Position numbers and translations under genes: made by a program. A stretch of 64,000 nt of DNA from the human T2T-CHM13v2.0 reference genome, Homo sapiens: NCBI RefSeq assembly GCF_009914755.1, contig NC_060942.1; one strand, 5' to 3'. The notes under the pieces are model-generated. The model made no database searches, was not told where the DNA came from, and worked only from the letters and a program-made list of their open reading frames with translations. Every line of letters starts with the position of its first letter. Position 1 is the stretch's first letter. This document shows, piece after piece, positions 40,866 through 54,692 of the stretch.

Positions 40866-42723
40866 GAGGCTCAGTTTTGGGCCCGTCATCTGCAAAGACA
40901 TGGATGAGGCTCCTCCATGAGGATCCCCATGTGAGAAGTTCCCGTATTCCGTTCACCACTGTATCCTCAGAGCCTAGGCAGGCCTCTGATGGGAAGAAGT
41001 CTGTCCCCAGACACTTGCTGAGCAGGGACCAGAACAGGACTGTGACTCACGTTAAGAATCTCAGGAAGTGGCTCTGGGAAAGGATGGCTCTGGGGTGGAG
41101 GGAAAGCTAATAGCCATGAGTTTTAGAGCTTTCCGTTTGTCAACGTTGTGTTTTGAGCCCAAGCCAGTCCAGTTAAGTCCAGCTTGACTTGCTTTCGAGG
41201 CAGGGCCCCGCAGCAGCAGTGTGAACACATGCTGCAGAACCTGCGGCAACCCAAGTCAGCCTCATGGAAGGAAAGTGTTCCATGTTCTGGGAATAACGTG
41301 GGGCACTAGGTGCCACACTCACCTTGTCATCAGAAGAGAAAGGACCATGACTGACCTGCGGTGCTTATGGAAGCAATGCCCTGTCTGAACTCTGGTCTAT
41401 ACTATGAGGTCCTTTCTTCCATGTTCTTTTGCATCTGAGGACAAAATCTGCTTTTAGAACCCTTATTCATGCAGAAGCAAAGCTACGCAATTGCCAGAAA
41501 TGCCCCTTTTCTGAAAACATGGACCCTCCTCCTTTGTCTCAGCAGGATAACCATGGTTTCCTAACTGTCAGGATGCAAACTCCTTTTTCCTGGTCCCCAG
41601 GCTGTGCAGGCATCTGCTGTATCAACCTGCCAGATCCATTAACACTGTGCACACAGGACTTAGCCACCTGCTGCCTGTGTAATTCACCCACTTTGCCTTC
41701 CAGAGAGCAAGGTAACACAAGGGCAGTAGGATGCTGGGAAGAGGGGAGGCGGACATTGTTGGTCCAGGGTCAGCTGTGACAATCTACCTCTAGGATGCAG
41801 TAGTCTTACAGCCAAGGCAGCCAGTGTCTTTCTTACTTGTGAGTCTGTATTTTGTTCAAGTAGCCACTTGCTGCTGGAATTTAACAATGTGATATAATCT
41901 CATGAGAGCCATGGTGGTAGTAGGTGCAAAATGCCGGAGCCTCACTGAGAAGGAAATGGGTGAGTGTGGCTTGGGGAAGTGGGGCAGCTTCAACACACAA
42001 TCTGAATCTTCTGTGCCATTGTGAGGCAGGATAGGAACTTCCAATTCTTCCTTCCCAAAGTGGAGAGTCACAGAAGGGTTCAAAGCATGGAGGAACATGA
42101 GTCAATTGCTTTAGGAAGATAATTCTGGTAGAGATAAGAAACTCAGCAGCCGTTGCAGGATACTGTATTTGTGGACAGGATTTGTGACAAGCACAAACTT
42201 CTGGTGAAGGAGGCTGTGATGGAGCTTGCTGGTATTTCTCCATTTCTTCCAGGGTGCTAGATATTTAGCCAGAACGATGGGTCTCAAAATAAAATAATGA
42301 CTGTGTTTTGTAGCCTCTCTTGAAGGCAGTTGAAGTCATGAAACTGAATTCCAGCCAATAATATATTTAAGCAGAAGAGTTGCGGGAGGTTGCGGGGTGT
42401 TTTCCTTAGGAGACAACCAGCGCCTGCCTGTGCCCCATCTCCATGCACCCCTTTCTCCTGCTGCTGACACCGTCCTGAGCTCAGGGTGACCACTGTGCCT
42501 CAGGGATGCGGAAGTGTGAGCTGAAGGGAGCCAGGGGCCCCAAGTCTCACAGAACACTGGGTTGTAAACATCAAAGATGTCTACCTGTCTCCATTTTAAG
42601 TCACAGTTACTTGGGGGCGGGGGCGGAGGAGGGGGGTTCTGTTATTTGCTCCAGATATAATTCTGAGTAATGAACAGACCGCTTGGGCCCTCTCTTCTGG
42701 AACAGTTTCAGAAGTCATGATGT

Positions 42724-43121
<398 letters not shown>

Positions 43122-44529
43122 TCAGAGCTCCACATGCGTCCTTTCAACCACGCACGTCTTCATCGTCCTGATGAATGGCAAAGGAAAGCAATCCTCCCAA
43201 TGAGAAAGAGGATCCCTTCAGTGTTGGGCCACAAAGCTGGCTCTGACACTCAGTCCTTTGTCACAGTCCCTGAGTCGAGTCCCCTTCCTAGAGAGGCTCT
43301 ATGTGGTCACTGAAGTGGAATGACAGTCAGAGCACACACCTGTGATCAAAGGAGGGCGGCTGTGCACAGCCAGTGCCGTGGTGTGTGGGGGCTCCGTCTC
43401 TGTCTCAGCCTGGGCCCTCGGTGATGTGGGGCCCTTTGCAACCCCTAAGGCTCCTTGCAGAACAAAGGAGCTACTGAGGCAGCTGGCTGTGCCTGGCACC
43501 TCCCTGCCCCCACCCTACCTCCCATGTGTTTTTTTTTTTTTTAATTTAAGCAGCTTCAGACTGTCATTCCATGTCTGTTGGGTTGAGGAAGGAAAATTGA
43601 AAATCTCTTTCAAGGATCTTTAAGATTAAAAGGTAAGAAGAGGCAAGTCCTTGCGGTTGGGCTGAGATGCCCTGCTGGGCAGGGGCTGCCCCATCCCTCC
43701 TTCCTCCTTCTCCCCCTCCAGAAGCTGTTCTAGGAGGCCTCTGGACACCTGGTCCCACTTGATCACCTTTGGCAGTGGCCAAGCATCAGACCTTTACTTT
43801 CTGTGCATGCTGGAGAACTGTGAGGGGGAAGCAGCCCTGATGATCCTTAGTGGATTTTCACCCTCATTTCTAATAAGTTTCTTTACAGCAATCCACTTGT
43901 CAGGGAGCCAGGCCTGGCAGGAGCGAAGGGCAGTCCACTTAGGAGCGGGTTCCCAGGAAACAACCTGTGGCTCTGGGGCCTGCTGTTTCCTGAGAAAGAC
44001 CCAGCCTCACTCCCCAGGGTGCCCTGCTGTGTGTTTCTGCAGTGACCCTCAGGTCACTGCACTGGTCAGCACGGCACTGGTATGCAGAGTTCCTGGCCCT
44101 GCCTGAACCTCGGTTCTTTCGGTGGGTGACCCTCCACACCATCCACTCTCCCCACTCTACTCCCTCCATCTCTGTTTGCCTCCTTAGCACACCACTCACT
44201 AGAGGAGGAGGAAAGAGAGGCCCTGAGGCCTGATCCCTACCTTTTCTCTGGAGCTCCAGCATATCATGCTGTGAAGAAATGTTCCAGAGAATGCAACATG
44301 TACTCATGGAATTAAAATCTTTCAAACCCATATATATTCAGACAATGGAGAGGGTATTTACAGAGCTTATAAAAATGAGCTACGTGTGGTGCACCTCTAG
44401 GGTTCGCTTTAGCCAAGAGAAACTACTAAGAGCTGACACCGGTGTTCCAGGCTGTGCTGAGGGCTGGATGGGCACTGACCCAGGGCAGAGGGAGAACACA
44501 GAACAGATGCCCTCAGCACAGGCTGCGGG

Positions 44530-44645
44530 GGCTTGCTTCAGTATCTGTTATAGCTGAGTGACCTCGGGCTCAAGTTATTTCCCCTCTCCGAGCCTCGCTT
44601 CCTCCTCTGCAGAATGGGAGGTACAATCATATCATTATTTAAATG
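44530..44645 (+). mobile_element. MIR
   Basis: gtgacctcggg...caagttattt...gagcctcgcttcctcctctgcagaatggg. Confidence 0.7.
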
Positions 44646-45129
44646 GGATCAGCCTGTGCCTATTCAGCTGATGCAGTCCCACTTCACATGACTGGAGGGT
44701 GGGGGGCTCTTTTTGGGAACTTTGGAGGTGGCAGCAGTGGGCCCTGCCTCATCTGCACAGGTGGTAAATCACGTGCATGTTACTGGGCAGTGAAGACAGG
44801 CTCTCTGGTAATGCCAATCCCCTGTGTGTAGCTGTGATTCTCAATGTTTTTCTACTATTCAGCCTATGGCTGACGTTACCCAAAGCCCTAGTTCCGGTTT
44901 GGATGCAGGAATCTGTTGTAGATTAATTCACATGTGATCTCCCCTGGATCCTGCAGCCTCTTGGTCCTCCTGCCTTTGTGCCTCAGTTCACTTATTTCCT
45001 TGTCAAGGGACACCCTTGTCTGTACTTCCCCATCTACCCCCAGGTGCCATTGCCTCTCAGGGCCACACTCTTCCTTCTGTTCTAGCCAGTGACGGCCTCT
45101 GGTCCTTAGCAGCAATCAGAACTTATGGT

Positions 45130-45297
45130 ATACACATGGTACACACACACACACACACTCATGTCCACACACGCACATGCACACCCACACACGTATACAT
45201 ACATATACACGCATATGCAAGTATGCTCACATATACATATGCACAGGCACACATCAAATGCACAGACACATACACATACGTATAATGTACATGCATG
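45130..45297. repeat. Degenerate (CA/TA) alternating purine-pyrimidine tract
   Basis: Read directly. Confidence 0.85.
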
Positions 45298-46336
45298 AAA
45301 GACTTACAGAAATATCCAGCTTTGTATTGTACCATACCTCACCAACAAACGTGGAAGCAACTCTAGGTCAAGGGCCATTTCTCAGACATTGGTAGATATC
45401 CATGCAATGACTTGACATATTTCTCATGCATATTTTCTCTTAAATATTCCAAGAAGAAGACTTTTCCTCACATAGAAAACAAGAACTATTGGATAGGAGA
45501 GATGAATAGATAGAATTTCTGGAATTTTCCCTACTTAAAAATAATGGGATGTTTTCAACAACACACATTAGCTTATAAAACCTTAATTGTTTCTGAATGA
45601 GGTGATTTTCCAAATGTTCTACCAAATGATAATCTGGAGTTTGAACTGCAATTTTGAACTGAGGGTAGCCGAGTTTGCTGGAAGGAGGAATTTGAGTCCT
45701 TGGGGAATGGAGGAGGGGAGGGAGAAGGCTGGTGAAAATTAATGCCTCTTTTATTTTTAAAAGAGGAAACACATCTGCTTGAATCAAGGCCTGAAGTATG
45801 CAAGAGATGGTGTGGGGAGGGGGTTATTTGTACAGTTTGTTTGCAAGGCAGCTGGTGTGTGCGCCGCGGAGATGGGAGCTGGCATGATGGACAGCGTGTC
45901 CTTGCCATGTGTCTGTCTAGGCTTCCCCACATGGCCACCATGTGAGCCCCGCAGCACCACCCCCACGCCTTCCAGACTCACTCCACAGTCCTGGGGGCAA
46001 ACTGTGGTTTACAAACCACATGGCTCTTCCTTTGCAAGGGGTGTATCTACACTGCAGGGTAGGAACTTGAGTTGTTTTCTCTTGGTTATATTTGTGGAAC
46101 ATTCCAGCATCTGCCTGACCAACAACAAAGGGGTGGACAGAGCACTGAAGCAAGAATATCAGAAATAGCCTCCGCAGCTCTGCCATTGTGTGTCCCTGGG
46201 GCAGATGGCTTAACCTTTCTGGGCCTCACTTTTCCTGTCTGTAAAATGAGAAGATGAAATATCAGTGATTTTTAAAAACACTCCTTTAAGTGAAGGAGAT
46301 TCTTTAAAATGAATTATAAATGTTAAGTGTTTCATA

Positions 46337-47069
46337 TGTTAAAAGAAAACATGTTTCATATGTACAAAGAAAAAATTTCACACCTGTCATCCCAGCACTT
46401 TGGGAGGCCAAGGCAGGAGGATCACTTGAACCCAGGAGTTCGAGACTAGCCTGGGCAACATGAGGAAACCCCGTCTCTACAAAAAGTATAAAAATTAACC
46501 AGGCATGGTGATAGGAACCTGCGGTTTCTCAGGAGACTGAGGTGTGAGGTGGGAGGATCACCTGAGTCCAGGAGGTACAGGCTGCAGTGAGCTATGATCC
46601 TGTCACTGCACTCCAGCCTGGGCAACAGGTTCTCACTGAACCTGTCATACACACACACAAAAAAAGAAAAAAAAAGAAAATTAAATTTAGATAAATAATT
46701 TTAACAAAGCTTAATTGGACAATGAATGATTTGTAAATTAGGCAGCTCCCCCGAGTTGGAATAGGTTCAGAACGACTCTAGCACTGCCACATGGTTGAAG
46801 AGGATTTATGCTAGAAAAAGGAAAGTGAGGTGCAGAAAACAGGGGGAGGCGCAGAAACAGCCATGTTGATTACAGCTCCGCGTTTGCCTGATTTGAACAC
46901 AGTTTGCACAGTTGGCCACATCTGATTGGCTGAAACTCGATGATTGGCACAGAGTAGGTTACATCTATTTACCTTTCCAGTTAGGTTGCTTTTCACTGTG
47001 CACAGAGAAACCTTTGGACTGAACTTAAAATATGTAGAGAGGCAGCTTTAGGCTAAACCTCATTCAACA
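46337..47069 (-). mobile_element. Solo ERV1 LTR, MER57-like, interrupted by AluJ
   Basis: Sense start TGTTGAATGAGGTTTAGCCTAAAGCTGCCTC, repeated CCAAT boxes; TSD CATA at 46333-46336 (or 46357-46360) and 47070-47073. Confidence 0.8.
46378..46680 (+). mobile_element. 5'-truncated AluJ
   Basis: ggaggatcacttgaacccaggagttcgagactagcctgggcaacat...ggctgcagtgagctatgat; (CA)n plus A tail. Confidence 0.9.
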
Positions 47070-47219
47070 CATAAATAGAGGAGCCTTATGGACAGCAGAT
47101 CAAAGCTCGGCTTCTGGGGTTGTGGGCTGTAGGACAGCTCAACCGTTTGGCTCCTTCACCCCTGAGATGGCCCGCAAGGCACTCCAGGGATCAGGAGAGT
47201 CTGAGAATCAGTGAACTAG

Positions 47220-47430
47220 CTAATAATAATATCTATGTTGCATTCATTTCTTGTGCAGATCGGTTCATGTTCACGGGGACCCTGGGAAGTGGGTGGTGGG
47301 GCTGGCATCAGTATCTCCATGTCCCGGTGAGGAGAGGGGCTCAGAGGCTTGAGTGGCTCACCCAGGCAGCAGGCTGTTAAGAGGCAGATCATTGACTGGA
47401 ACCAAGATCTTCTTACTCCTAAGTCCCTTC
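47220..47430 (-). mobile_element. MIR
   Basis: gctaataataat...tgaggagaggggctcagaggcttgagtggctcaccca. Confidence 0.55.
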
Positions 47431-48869
47431 TAGGATCTTGTGATTCTAAAACGTCGTGTGTGTTTTGCAACAGGAAAACATCTAAGTCTAAGACAAAACA
47501 CTGCAAACTGTAAGTGCAACTGGTTGTTGTTGTTCTCCAGGCCCTGAAACCTGGGAATGAGGTGGCCACAGTGAACAGCATCTTGGGTTCAGGAAGGTGA
47601 AATATAAAGCCACTGAGATGGTTAGCAACAGCCCAGGTGGCTTCAAGGGACTCTTCATATGGAAATGGGCAAGGATTTGAATATGACTCTGCTAATTTTG
47701 GATACTAGAAATACTGCCCTTTTATATCCATAGTCTTGCCTTCACCATTCTCCCTCTCTGAGTTTTCGCCTCTCCTTCTTTTCACCACATTCTATTTTGA
47801 GACCTTGGAATTCTCCATTTTCTCCAAAACACAGTGATCTCCCTTCACTGTTTTGGACTTTTTGTACCTGGAAAGTTTCTACTCATTTTGCATTTGCTGT
47901 GCATTGCCTTTTTGTTAGTTGTTTTGTTTGTTTTAATGTGTACACACCTCATATTCCAGTCTGACTGTGTACTTATTGAAAGCAGGATAAGATCTTCTAA
48001 GTGACTCGTAAAGATGGGGCTAGCTGTCACGTGTACAGTGCCTTATGAGCTAAAGCACTTCTGCTCTTGTTTGGTCCTCACTAAGGGCAGATGGTACAAG
48101 GACCATGGAGCTCATTTGGAGAAGAGGAGTCGAAGCTGTGACAGCTGCTGGTTTTACTCATCTCGGTATCCCTGAGCTGAGTGTATTGTGTGTTCTAATG
48201 CAGGCACCTGCTATGGTTATTTAATAAATGAAGGAATAAAACCTAATGCACACTTTGGCCAAGACCATCCAGCCGGTGAGTGATGAGTCAGGGCTCAGCT
48301 GGGTTTTTTGGACCACAGGTCCTGCTCTCTCCTCAGGGACGAGGTGGCTGGGCCAGGGGATGCTTAGTTTACTTGTAGTTTGATCTTTTTTGGTTTTTGA
48401 ATCTTACACCATGTTTCTGTCAGTATCAAACAAAGTGGGCTTGCAACTGACATATTCTTTCTCACAAACAAATGATGGTTCATGGAAAAACAACATGGCT
48501 TTTGTTGAATAAAAACACAAGGATACTCAGAAGCCCCAGTACTCAGTCCATTGTGCAATTCCCATCTCAACTGCAAACATGCCTGGGGGCAGGCCCCCAT
48601 GATGGGTGGTGGTAGTTGGGGAAGGGGTGCCAGGCAGAGCCAAGGTGGAGGGCTGGGGGTACTCCACTACCCCTGACCAAAACCGCCTGGCTCCTTCCCC
48701 TCAGAATAGCTCCCTGATGACCAAGTTCTTCCCATTAGATTAGGAAAGGTTTAAGCCTTCCCTTCTTAAAACCAACCAACCAACCAACCAACCAAACTCA
48801 TTGATGAGACTTTCCCCTCCAAGCGGAAAGTGCAACTCCCACAGATCAGAGCCAGTTTCTCGAAGGAGT

Positions 48870-49800
48870 TGTGCATCTACCCACTGTCTGCCTTTTCTTA
48901 CCTCCCCTTCTCCCAGCCCCCTCCAATCCACCTGTCACCCCATCATTCTGCTGAAAGTGCCTTGGTGAAGGCCAAGAGCACTAAATTCCACAGGCCATTA
49001 TTTTATTTGACCTCTCAGCAGGAATTGACACAACTATTGACTAATAGTTGATGTGCTCTTCTCTGGTCTTCTGGATTCCACCCTCCCTCAGTTCTTCTCA
49101 TCTCTCTGGCTGTGTCTTAGTCTCCTCTGCTGACTCTCCCCTTCCTCTCAAGCATTAATTTCCTCTTGAAGAATATCTTAGTCTATGTTATCTCCCTGAG
49201 ACCACCAGTTTATGCCCCCTTCAATGACTCAGACCTCCACCTGGCCTCTCACTTGCATTTGAGATGCATGGATCCAATCAGACATCAACACTGTAGCCAC
49301 CTGCAACTCGATATAACCAAAATTCACCATTCTCTCCCCTCTCCCCTATGGCCAGCCTAGACCTCTTCCAGTGTTTACTATTGAATGACATCATCAACAT
49401 CCAATTGCACATGCCAGAAAGTCTCCACTTTCCTTCTAAGTGTCTCTAAGATCTGCCCATTTCTCTCTACTTCTGCAGCCCCACTGATCGTTCCCTACCT
49501 AAACCACTGAAGTGAGTGTCATCTGTTCTCTCTCTGCATCTATCCTGAGTCTTCTAATTCTGTCTCCACAAGGCAATCAGAGCAGACTTTCCAAAGACTC
49601 ATCTGATCATGCCCATCTTCATCTTTAAAGTCTTCTAGGGCTCCTTGTGGCTTCTTAGGGAAAGCCGGAGTCCTTAATAAGCCTGTGGTCCCTTATGATC
49701 TGGCCCTGCCTAAATTCACACCACGCTTTTACACCCACTGCAGACCCACTCTCAGCCTTCCAGCCATGTAGGCAGAGCGACATGTTCTTTCAGCCCCAGA
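48870..49800 (+). mobile_element. L2 fragments
   Basis: Pyrimidine-rich L2 motifs (ttgacctctcagcag...tgacaca; ccaattgcacatgccagaaa; catctgatcatg...tgatctggccctgcct). Confidence 0.75.
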
Positions 49801-49854
49801 AAGGCTGCTAGAGTCTCCCCTTCCAATTCACATATAAATAGTAGTGTGGGCAAG

Positions 49855-50085
49855 TAGAATTGACCGAGCTCTCACTACGTTCTCTCTGCTGCACCAAGTA
49901 CTAAGCATTCCATGTGCTCTATCTCACTTGACCCCTACAACAACCCCTGAGATAAAGATTATCATCATTTTGACTTGATATACTAGATACTTGAGTATCA
50001 GAGAGGTTGAAGGACTTGTCCGGAGTTGCATGCTTGTGTAAGCATCAGAGCCAAGATTTGAACCTAGTTCCAGACTCCTGCTGTC
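49855..50085 (-). mobile_element. MIR
   Basis: tacaacaacccctgagat...cagagaggttgaaggacttgtcc...gagccaagatttgaacctag. Confidence 0.75.
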
Positions 50086-51769
50086 CCCTAAAGCCTAGTG
50101 AGGCATCTCTGATGAGGTCTCTTTGTATGCCTGAGGGTCTCCTTGTACGCATCTTCTAATGAGGAATGCTCTGTTTGCTAGGTCAAATTGGCTGATTTGC
50201 AGGTCTATTTTCAGGCAAAGCTTTTTTTTTGTTTGGCTCAAATCTTTGTCTGAGTAGCTTCTACCAAATCATTCTGGTTCTTCCCCCTGAAGCAAATAAA
50301 GCATAGTCCTATGTTTTGTTACAAATATTTGAGCATAGCTCATAACTTCAGTCTCTTTAGGTTTGGAGTCTGATCGCTTGGATTCTGGCAGGTTACAAGG
50401 TCCTTTAAGGTCATAGGGCTAGAATTGACAGGGAGAGTGGAGAGTGGGGCCTGTTCATCTTCTAGGGTTGAGGGTGCCTGCTACAGAGAAGGGAAATGAT
50501 TTGGCCCAGCTCACACGTGCACCAACAGGAGAGTCATGGCTGAAACTCAGTGTTCCCCCACCTCTGTTCTGCTCTGACCAGTGGACTGACCTTTTGGGGA
50601 GTTAATTAAAATGAGAAAGTCCAGTTTTCATGAGTCTCTGTTGCTCAGTTAAGAATGCAAATAGCTTCAGGGAGGAAATGAAGACTAATCCATGCAATGA
50701 GACAGAAATCATAAAAAGATGTCCAAGTCCCAAAGCTCTAGTTTCTGAAGGTCTTAAAATCCATAGGAAAGACCCATTTAAGCTGCTGTGAACTTGTAGT
50801 AACAACTCTTATATAAGAGCTTGACCAGCACAGATTGTGCTGTCTGTCCCCAGGGAGCTCTCCACCCAGTGGCAAGTTCCAGGGAAAACCAGCAGGAAGG
50901 AGCCCCCAGGCTCCCTGGGCCCAGCCCCCAAACTTTGAAATTCATGCAGAACCACAGATACCCAAGGAAAGAGGACTAGGGGTCCTGCTTGTATGAGCTG
51001 GTGCTCATGATTCATTCCTACAACAAATGGTCCATGACTAATTTGGCACAGCACATGAGAAGAACTAATTTTGCAATGTTTGATGTCCTTTGTGTCTACT
51101 GTCTTTCACATGGCTTGCCATTTCACATCGTGCGAGCATGTTGCATAAGCAACATCTGGCTGGGCACACAAAGTCACTTTTCCACACAAGAGGCAAAAGT
51201 AACCCTGAATGCCTTCCAGGGCCTCCATCCTGCCCTGAACCACGGGGAACAGATGGGGCACACAATGAGCATATGTCATGAACAGCACACTTCCCTCTTC
51301 CATGAGAAAGTACAGGAAAGGAGAAAGTACCTGTGTTGTGAATTTGGAGTACATTGAACGAAAATTCATTTATGATGCAGCCACTGTGAACAGGCACTAC
51401 AGATGCAATGGTGAACAAAACTCACGTCCTGCCTTCTTGGCACTTGTAATTTTGCAGAGAACCTATGGGAAGCCTGATTCTGGTCCTTTGTTCTGATCAT
51501 GTACAGCCCCCAGTTGGATGGCTCAGGGCTCTCAGGCCCCAAAGCCTGGTGCTGAGGCCTCGAACTGCCTCCCATCTCCTGTCCCTGAAGATCACCTGCC
51601 TAGCAGCCTCTGCTCCACTCGTACTTTAAAGTCTTTATCTTCCCAAGTGGCTGTGGCCCAGTGCTTCTCTTGAGCTTGGGTACATTAAACTCACATGTCC
51701 ATTTGCTTGCTAGAAAGTAATGTCCTGCAAAAATCTGAGGTAGTAGCATGCCTTCTTTGTTTTTTTAAA

Positions 51770-52645
51770 GTGAACTTTTTGAGAGATAACAAAGAAAAGT
51801 GACCAATTCATAAATGTACAACCTGATGAGTTTTCACACATGAAAACACCCATATAACTGATACCTAGAGGGTTGGTGACTCCTTTCTGTCACAAACCCT
51901 CTCCCCCAACAGTACTGCTTTTTCAATTCCCTTTTGCAATTTGGCACTAATCGAAGCACATTAAAATTTACTCCTATGTTTTCTTCTAAGAGTTATATAT
52001 TTTAGCTTTTAAATTTAGGCCTATAATCCATTTTGAGTTAATTTTTATACATGGTGTAAACTGGGGGTTCAATTTCATTTTTTTGCATGTCAATATTCAC
52101 TTGTCCCAGCATGAGTTGTTATAAAGACTATTCTTTTTCCATTGAATCATCTCATTTAATGGAATTGTCAAAAATGAACTGACCATAAATGTAAGGGTGT
52201 CTTTCTGAACTCTCAAGTCTACTCCATTGATCTACATGTCTATCATTATACCAATATCACAAGTCTTGATTACTGTAGCTTTGGATTAAGTTTTGAAATC
52301 AAGAAGTATGTATCTTCTAAGTTTGTTATCCCCTTTTTCCCATCAAATTACCTTGACTATTTGGGTTTCTTTACGTTTTCATGTAAATTTTAGTATTATA
52401 AAATTACAATTTGTCAATTTTTGCAAAAGAAAAACAAAGCAGCTGGTATTTTGATAGAGACTTGTTGAATCTGTGGATCCCTTTGATGACTACTGCCATT
52501 TTAACAATATTGTTTCAATCCATGGAAAGATTCATGGAAAGATGTCTTTCCAGTTATTTAGGTTTTCTTTAATTTCTTTCAATGACGTACAAATGAGTAT
52601 ACAAATCTTGCATTTGTTTTACTATATTTATTCCTATTTTAGTCT
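51770..52645 (-). mobile_element. Old L1M fragments (3' end and ORF2 C-terminal region)
   Basis: tttactcctatgttttcttctaagag...atccattttgagttaattttt...cttgattactgtagcttt...ttttgatagaga. Confidence 0.85.
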
Positions 52646-53199
52646 GCCTTCTTAGGTTTCTTTCTCAGATTCTTAGGTTTTCCTTCAGAATACCTAGTGC
52701 TAGAAATTAAACCTGGACACATTTCTTTGTTCTTATTTGAGTAGCCTTTGAGGCTTCAAATCTTTACTGCCCTTTTCTATATTTAAATGGGACATTTTTT
52801 TCTGAGTCTGTGATTCTCCAAGTCCTGTGGTCAATATAAGTAAAACAGTAACTGCTTCTTTGACTGGTAGAGTTATTACATTGGCCTGTCACCGTAGAAA
52901 TCTAGAAGCCTAACTTAGTGAATGAGATGGTGAAGTGGAAATATGATTGTGAAGTTCAGGCTGTCCTTCACTGCTGCCTCTTTGGTTGACATATTTATTC
53001 ACATGAGATAATCCATTAACTGAAACTAACTGTGAGCAGGAAAGTAATGCCTAACTGCACCAAAATTCAATATGTAGAAATGTAGCAATTACGTGCCAGG
53101 GAGTTGTATCAATATGCAGTATCTGAGAGTTGATCTTATGAAATTAAAAAATTATCCTAGCTGTGTAAATAAATGCACTCTCTTTCCTCATTATTTCAT

Positions 53200-53613
53200 T
53201 GCTATGGTTTGAATGTTCCCTCCAAAATTCACATTGGAATTTAATTGCTATTGTGATGCTATTAAGAAGTGGGACAAGGTGGAAACTTTAAGAGGAGATT
53301 AGGTTATGAGGGTTTTGCCCTTATGAATGGATTATTCTATTCATAAGTTAATGGATTAATGGGTTATCATGGGAATGGGTTAGCTATCCCGAGAGGGGAT
53401 CTGTTATAAAAGCCAGTTTGGCTTTCTCTCACGTACTCTTCTCTCCCTGGTGTGACTTCTGCCATGTTATGACACAGCAAGAAGGCCCTCACCAGATGCA
53501 GTCCCTTTACCTTGGAGTTCTCAGCCTCCAAACTACAGGAAACAAATTTCTTTTTATTATAAATTACCCAGCCTGTGGTATTGTTTTACAGCAACATGAA
53601 ATGAACTAAGTCA
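53200..53613 (+). mobile_element. Solo MaLR LTR, MSTB-like
   Basis: TGCTATGGTTTGAATG start, ataaattacccag...gaactaagtCA end; 5-bp TSD TTCAT at 53195-53199 and 53614-53618. Confidence 0.9.
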
Positions 53614-53629
53614 TTCATGTAGTGCTAGT

Positions 53630-54060
53630 CTATTCAGTGCATTTTTAATGACCACCTTCAATGTACTAATCTTTTGTACCAGATCCTGAGGACACAAATA
53701 TGAGTAAGATAGTATTTGCCCTCACAGGGTATAAAACCTAATAAAAGAGAAAGACAGGTACACAAAACTGTGATATGAGAAATGAAACTAGATATAATGA
53801 AATCTGAGTGTGAAAGAGTGAGAGATTTATTTATATTGATATGGCCCAAAAAGTCTTCACAAAAATGGAAGTATTTGAATTGCATCTTAAAAAAAGAGAT
53901 GAATTTGGGCAGGTAGAGTTGAAATTAGGAGTGGAGAAGTGCATCTTCAAAAGAAGGAGTGAATGAAGAAAGGGAGAGGCATGAGACTCTACTGTGCATT
54001 GAAAAACATCAGAACAGCCCAGTGAGGCTGGAGCATAAAGTGAGAGATGAGACAGAAGAG
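53630..54060 (-). mobile_element. L2 fragments
   Basis: tgtaccagatcctgaggacacaaat...gccctcacaggg...ccagtgaggctggagca. Confidence 0.6.
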
Positions 54061-54289
54061 GCTGACTGCTTTCCAGAAAACGTGCTCCATATTAAGTTCA
54101 CTCATGGATACACACTGATTCCAAGAGTTCATTGTAGCTAGTATCATCTCTTCCAAATCAATCTGTAGTTAAAGTGTTGAGTCCATGTAATCAAAGACAT
54201 CTTCCTAAAATCTTAGCATATAATCTTACTTGTAGAGATTACTTATTTACTGAGTTACTGTTCTGCACAAAGTATTAAATTATATTGTT

Positions 54290-54692
54290 TCCTGCTAAAA
54301 TTATGTGATTCCCAGCCTCCCTCACAGCTAAATGTGGCCACATGACTAAGATTTGGGCAATGACCTGTGGGAGGAAGTATTGTGTGGTACTTACAGGCAG
54401 TCTTTCTAAGGGAAGGTGTTTGCCTTTTTTGCTGTTTCCTCCTTTGCGCTGACTGGAATGTGGATGTAGCTGGGGCTCTAGCAGCCATCTTCAGCCTTTA
54501 GGATGAAGGTCGGATCTTAGAGAGTGTCATGGAGAGTGGCAAGTGGTCTGGCTTGTTAATGACTTTGTGAAGCCTTAAACTGCCTTCCTTTGGGTTTCTC
54601 TCTGAAAGAAAAATAAACTCTTATCTTGTTTCTGCCTTTGTTCTTCAGAGACTCTTTCTTATAGGCAGCTAAACTTAATTCTAGTTAATAAC
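54290..54692 (+). mobile_element. MLT1/ERVL-type LTR
   Basis: ttcccagcctccctcacagctaaatgtggccacatgactaag...gcagccatctt...aaaaataaactcttatcttgttt. Confidence 0.75.

Noticed and set aside
45016-45395. His/Thr-rich ORFs (also 57404-57630)
   Set aside because: Translations of (CA)n tracts
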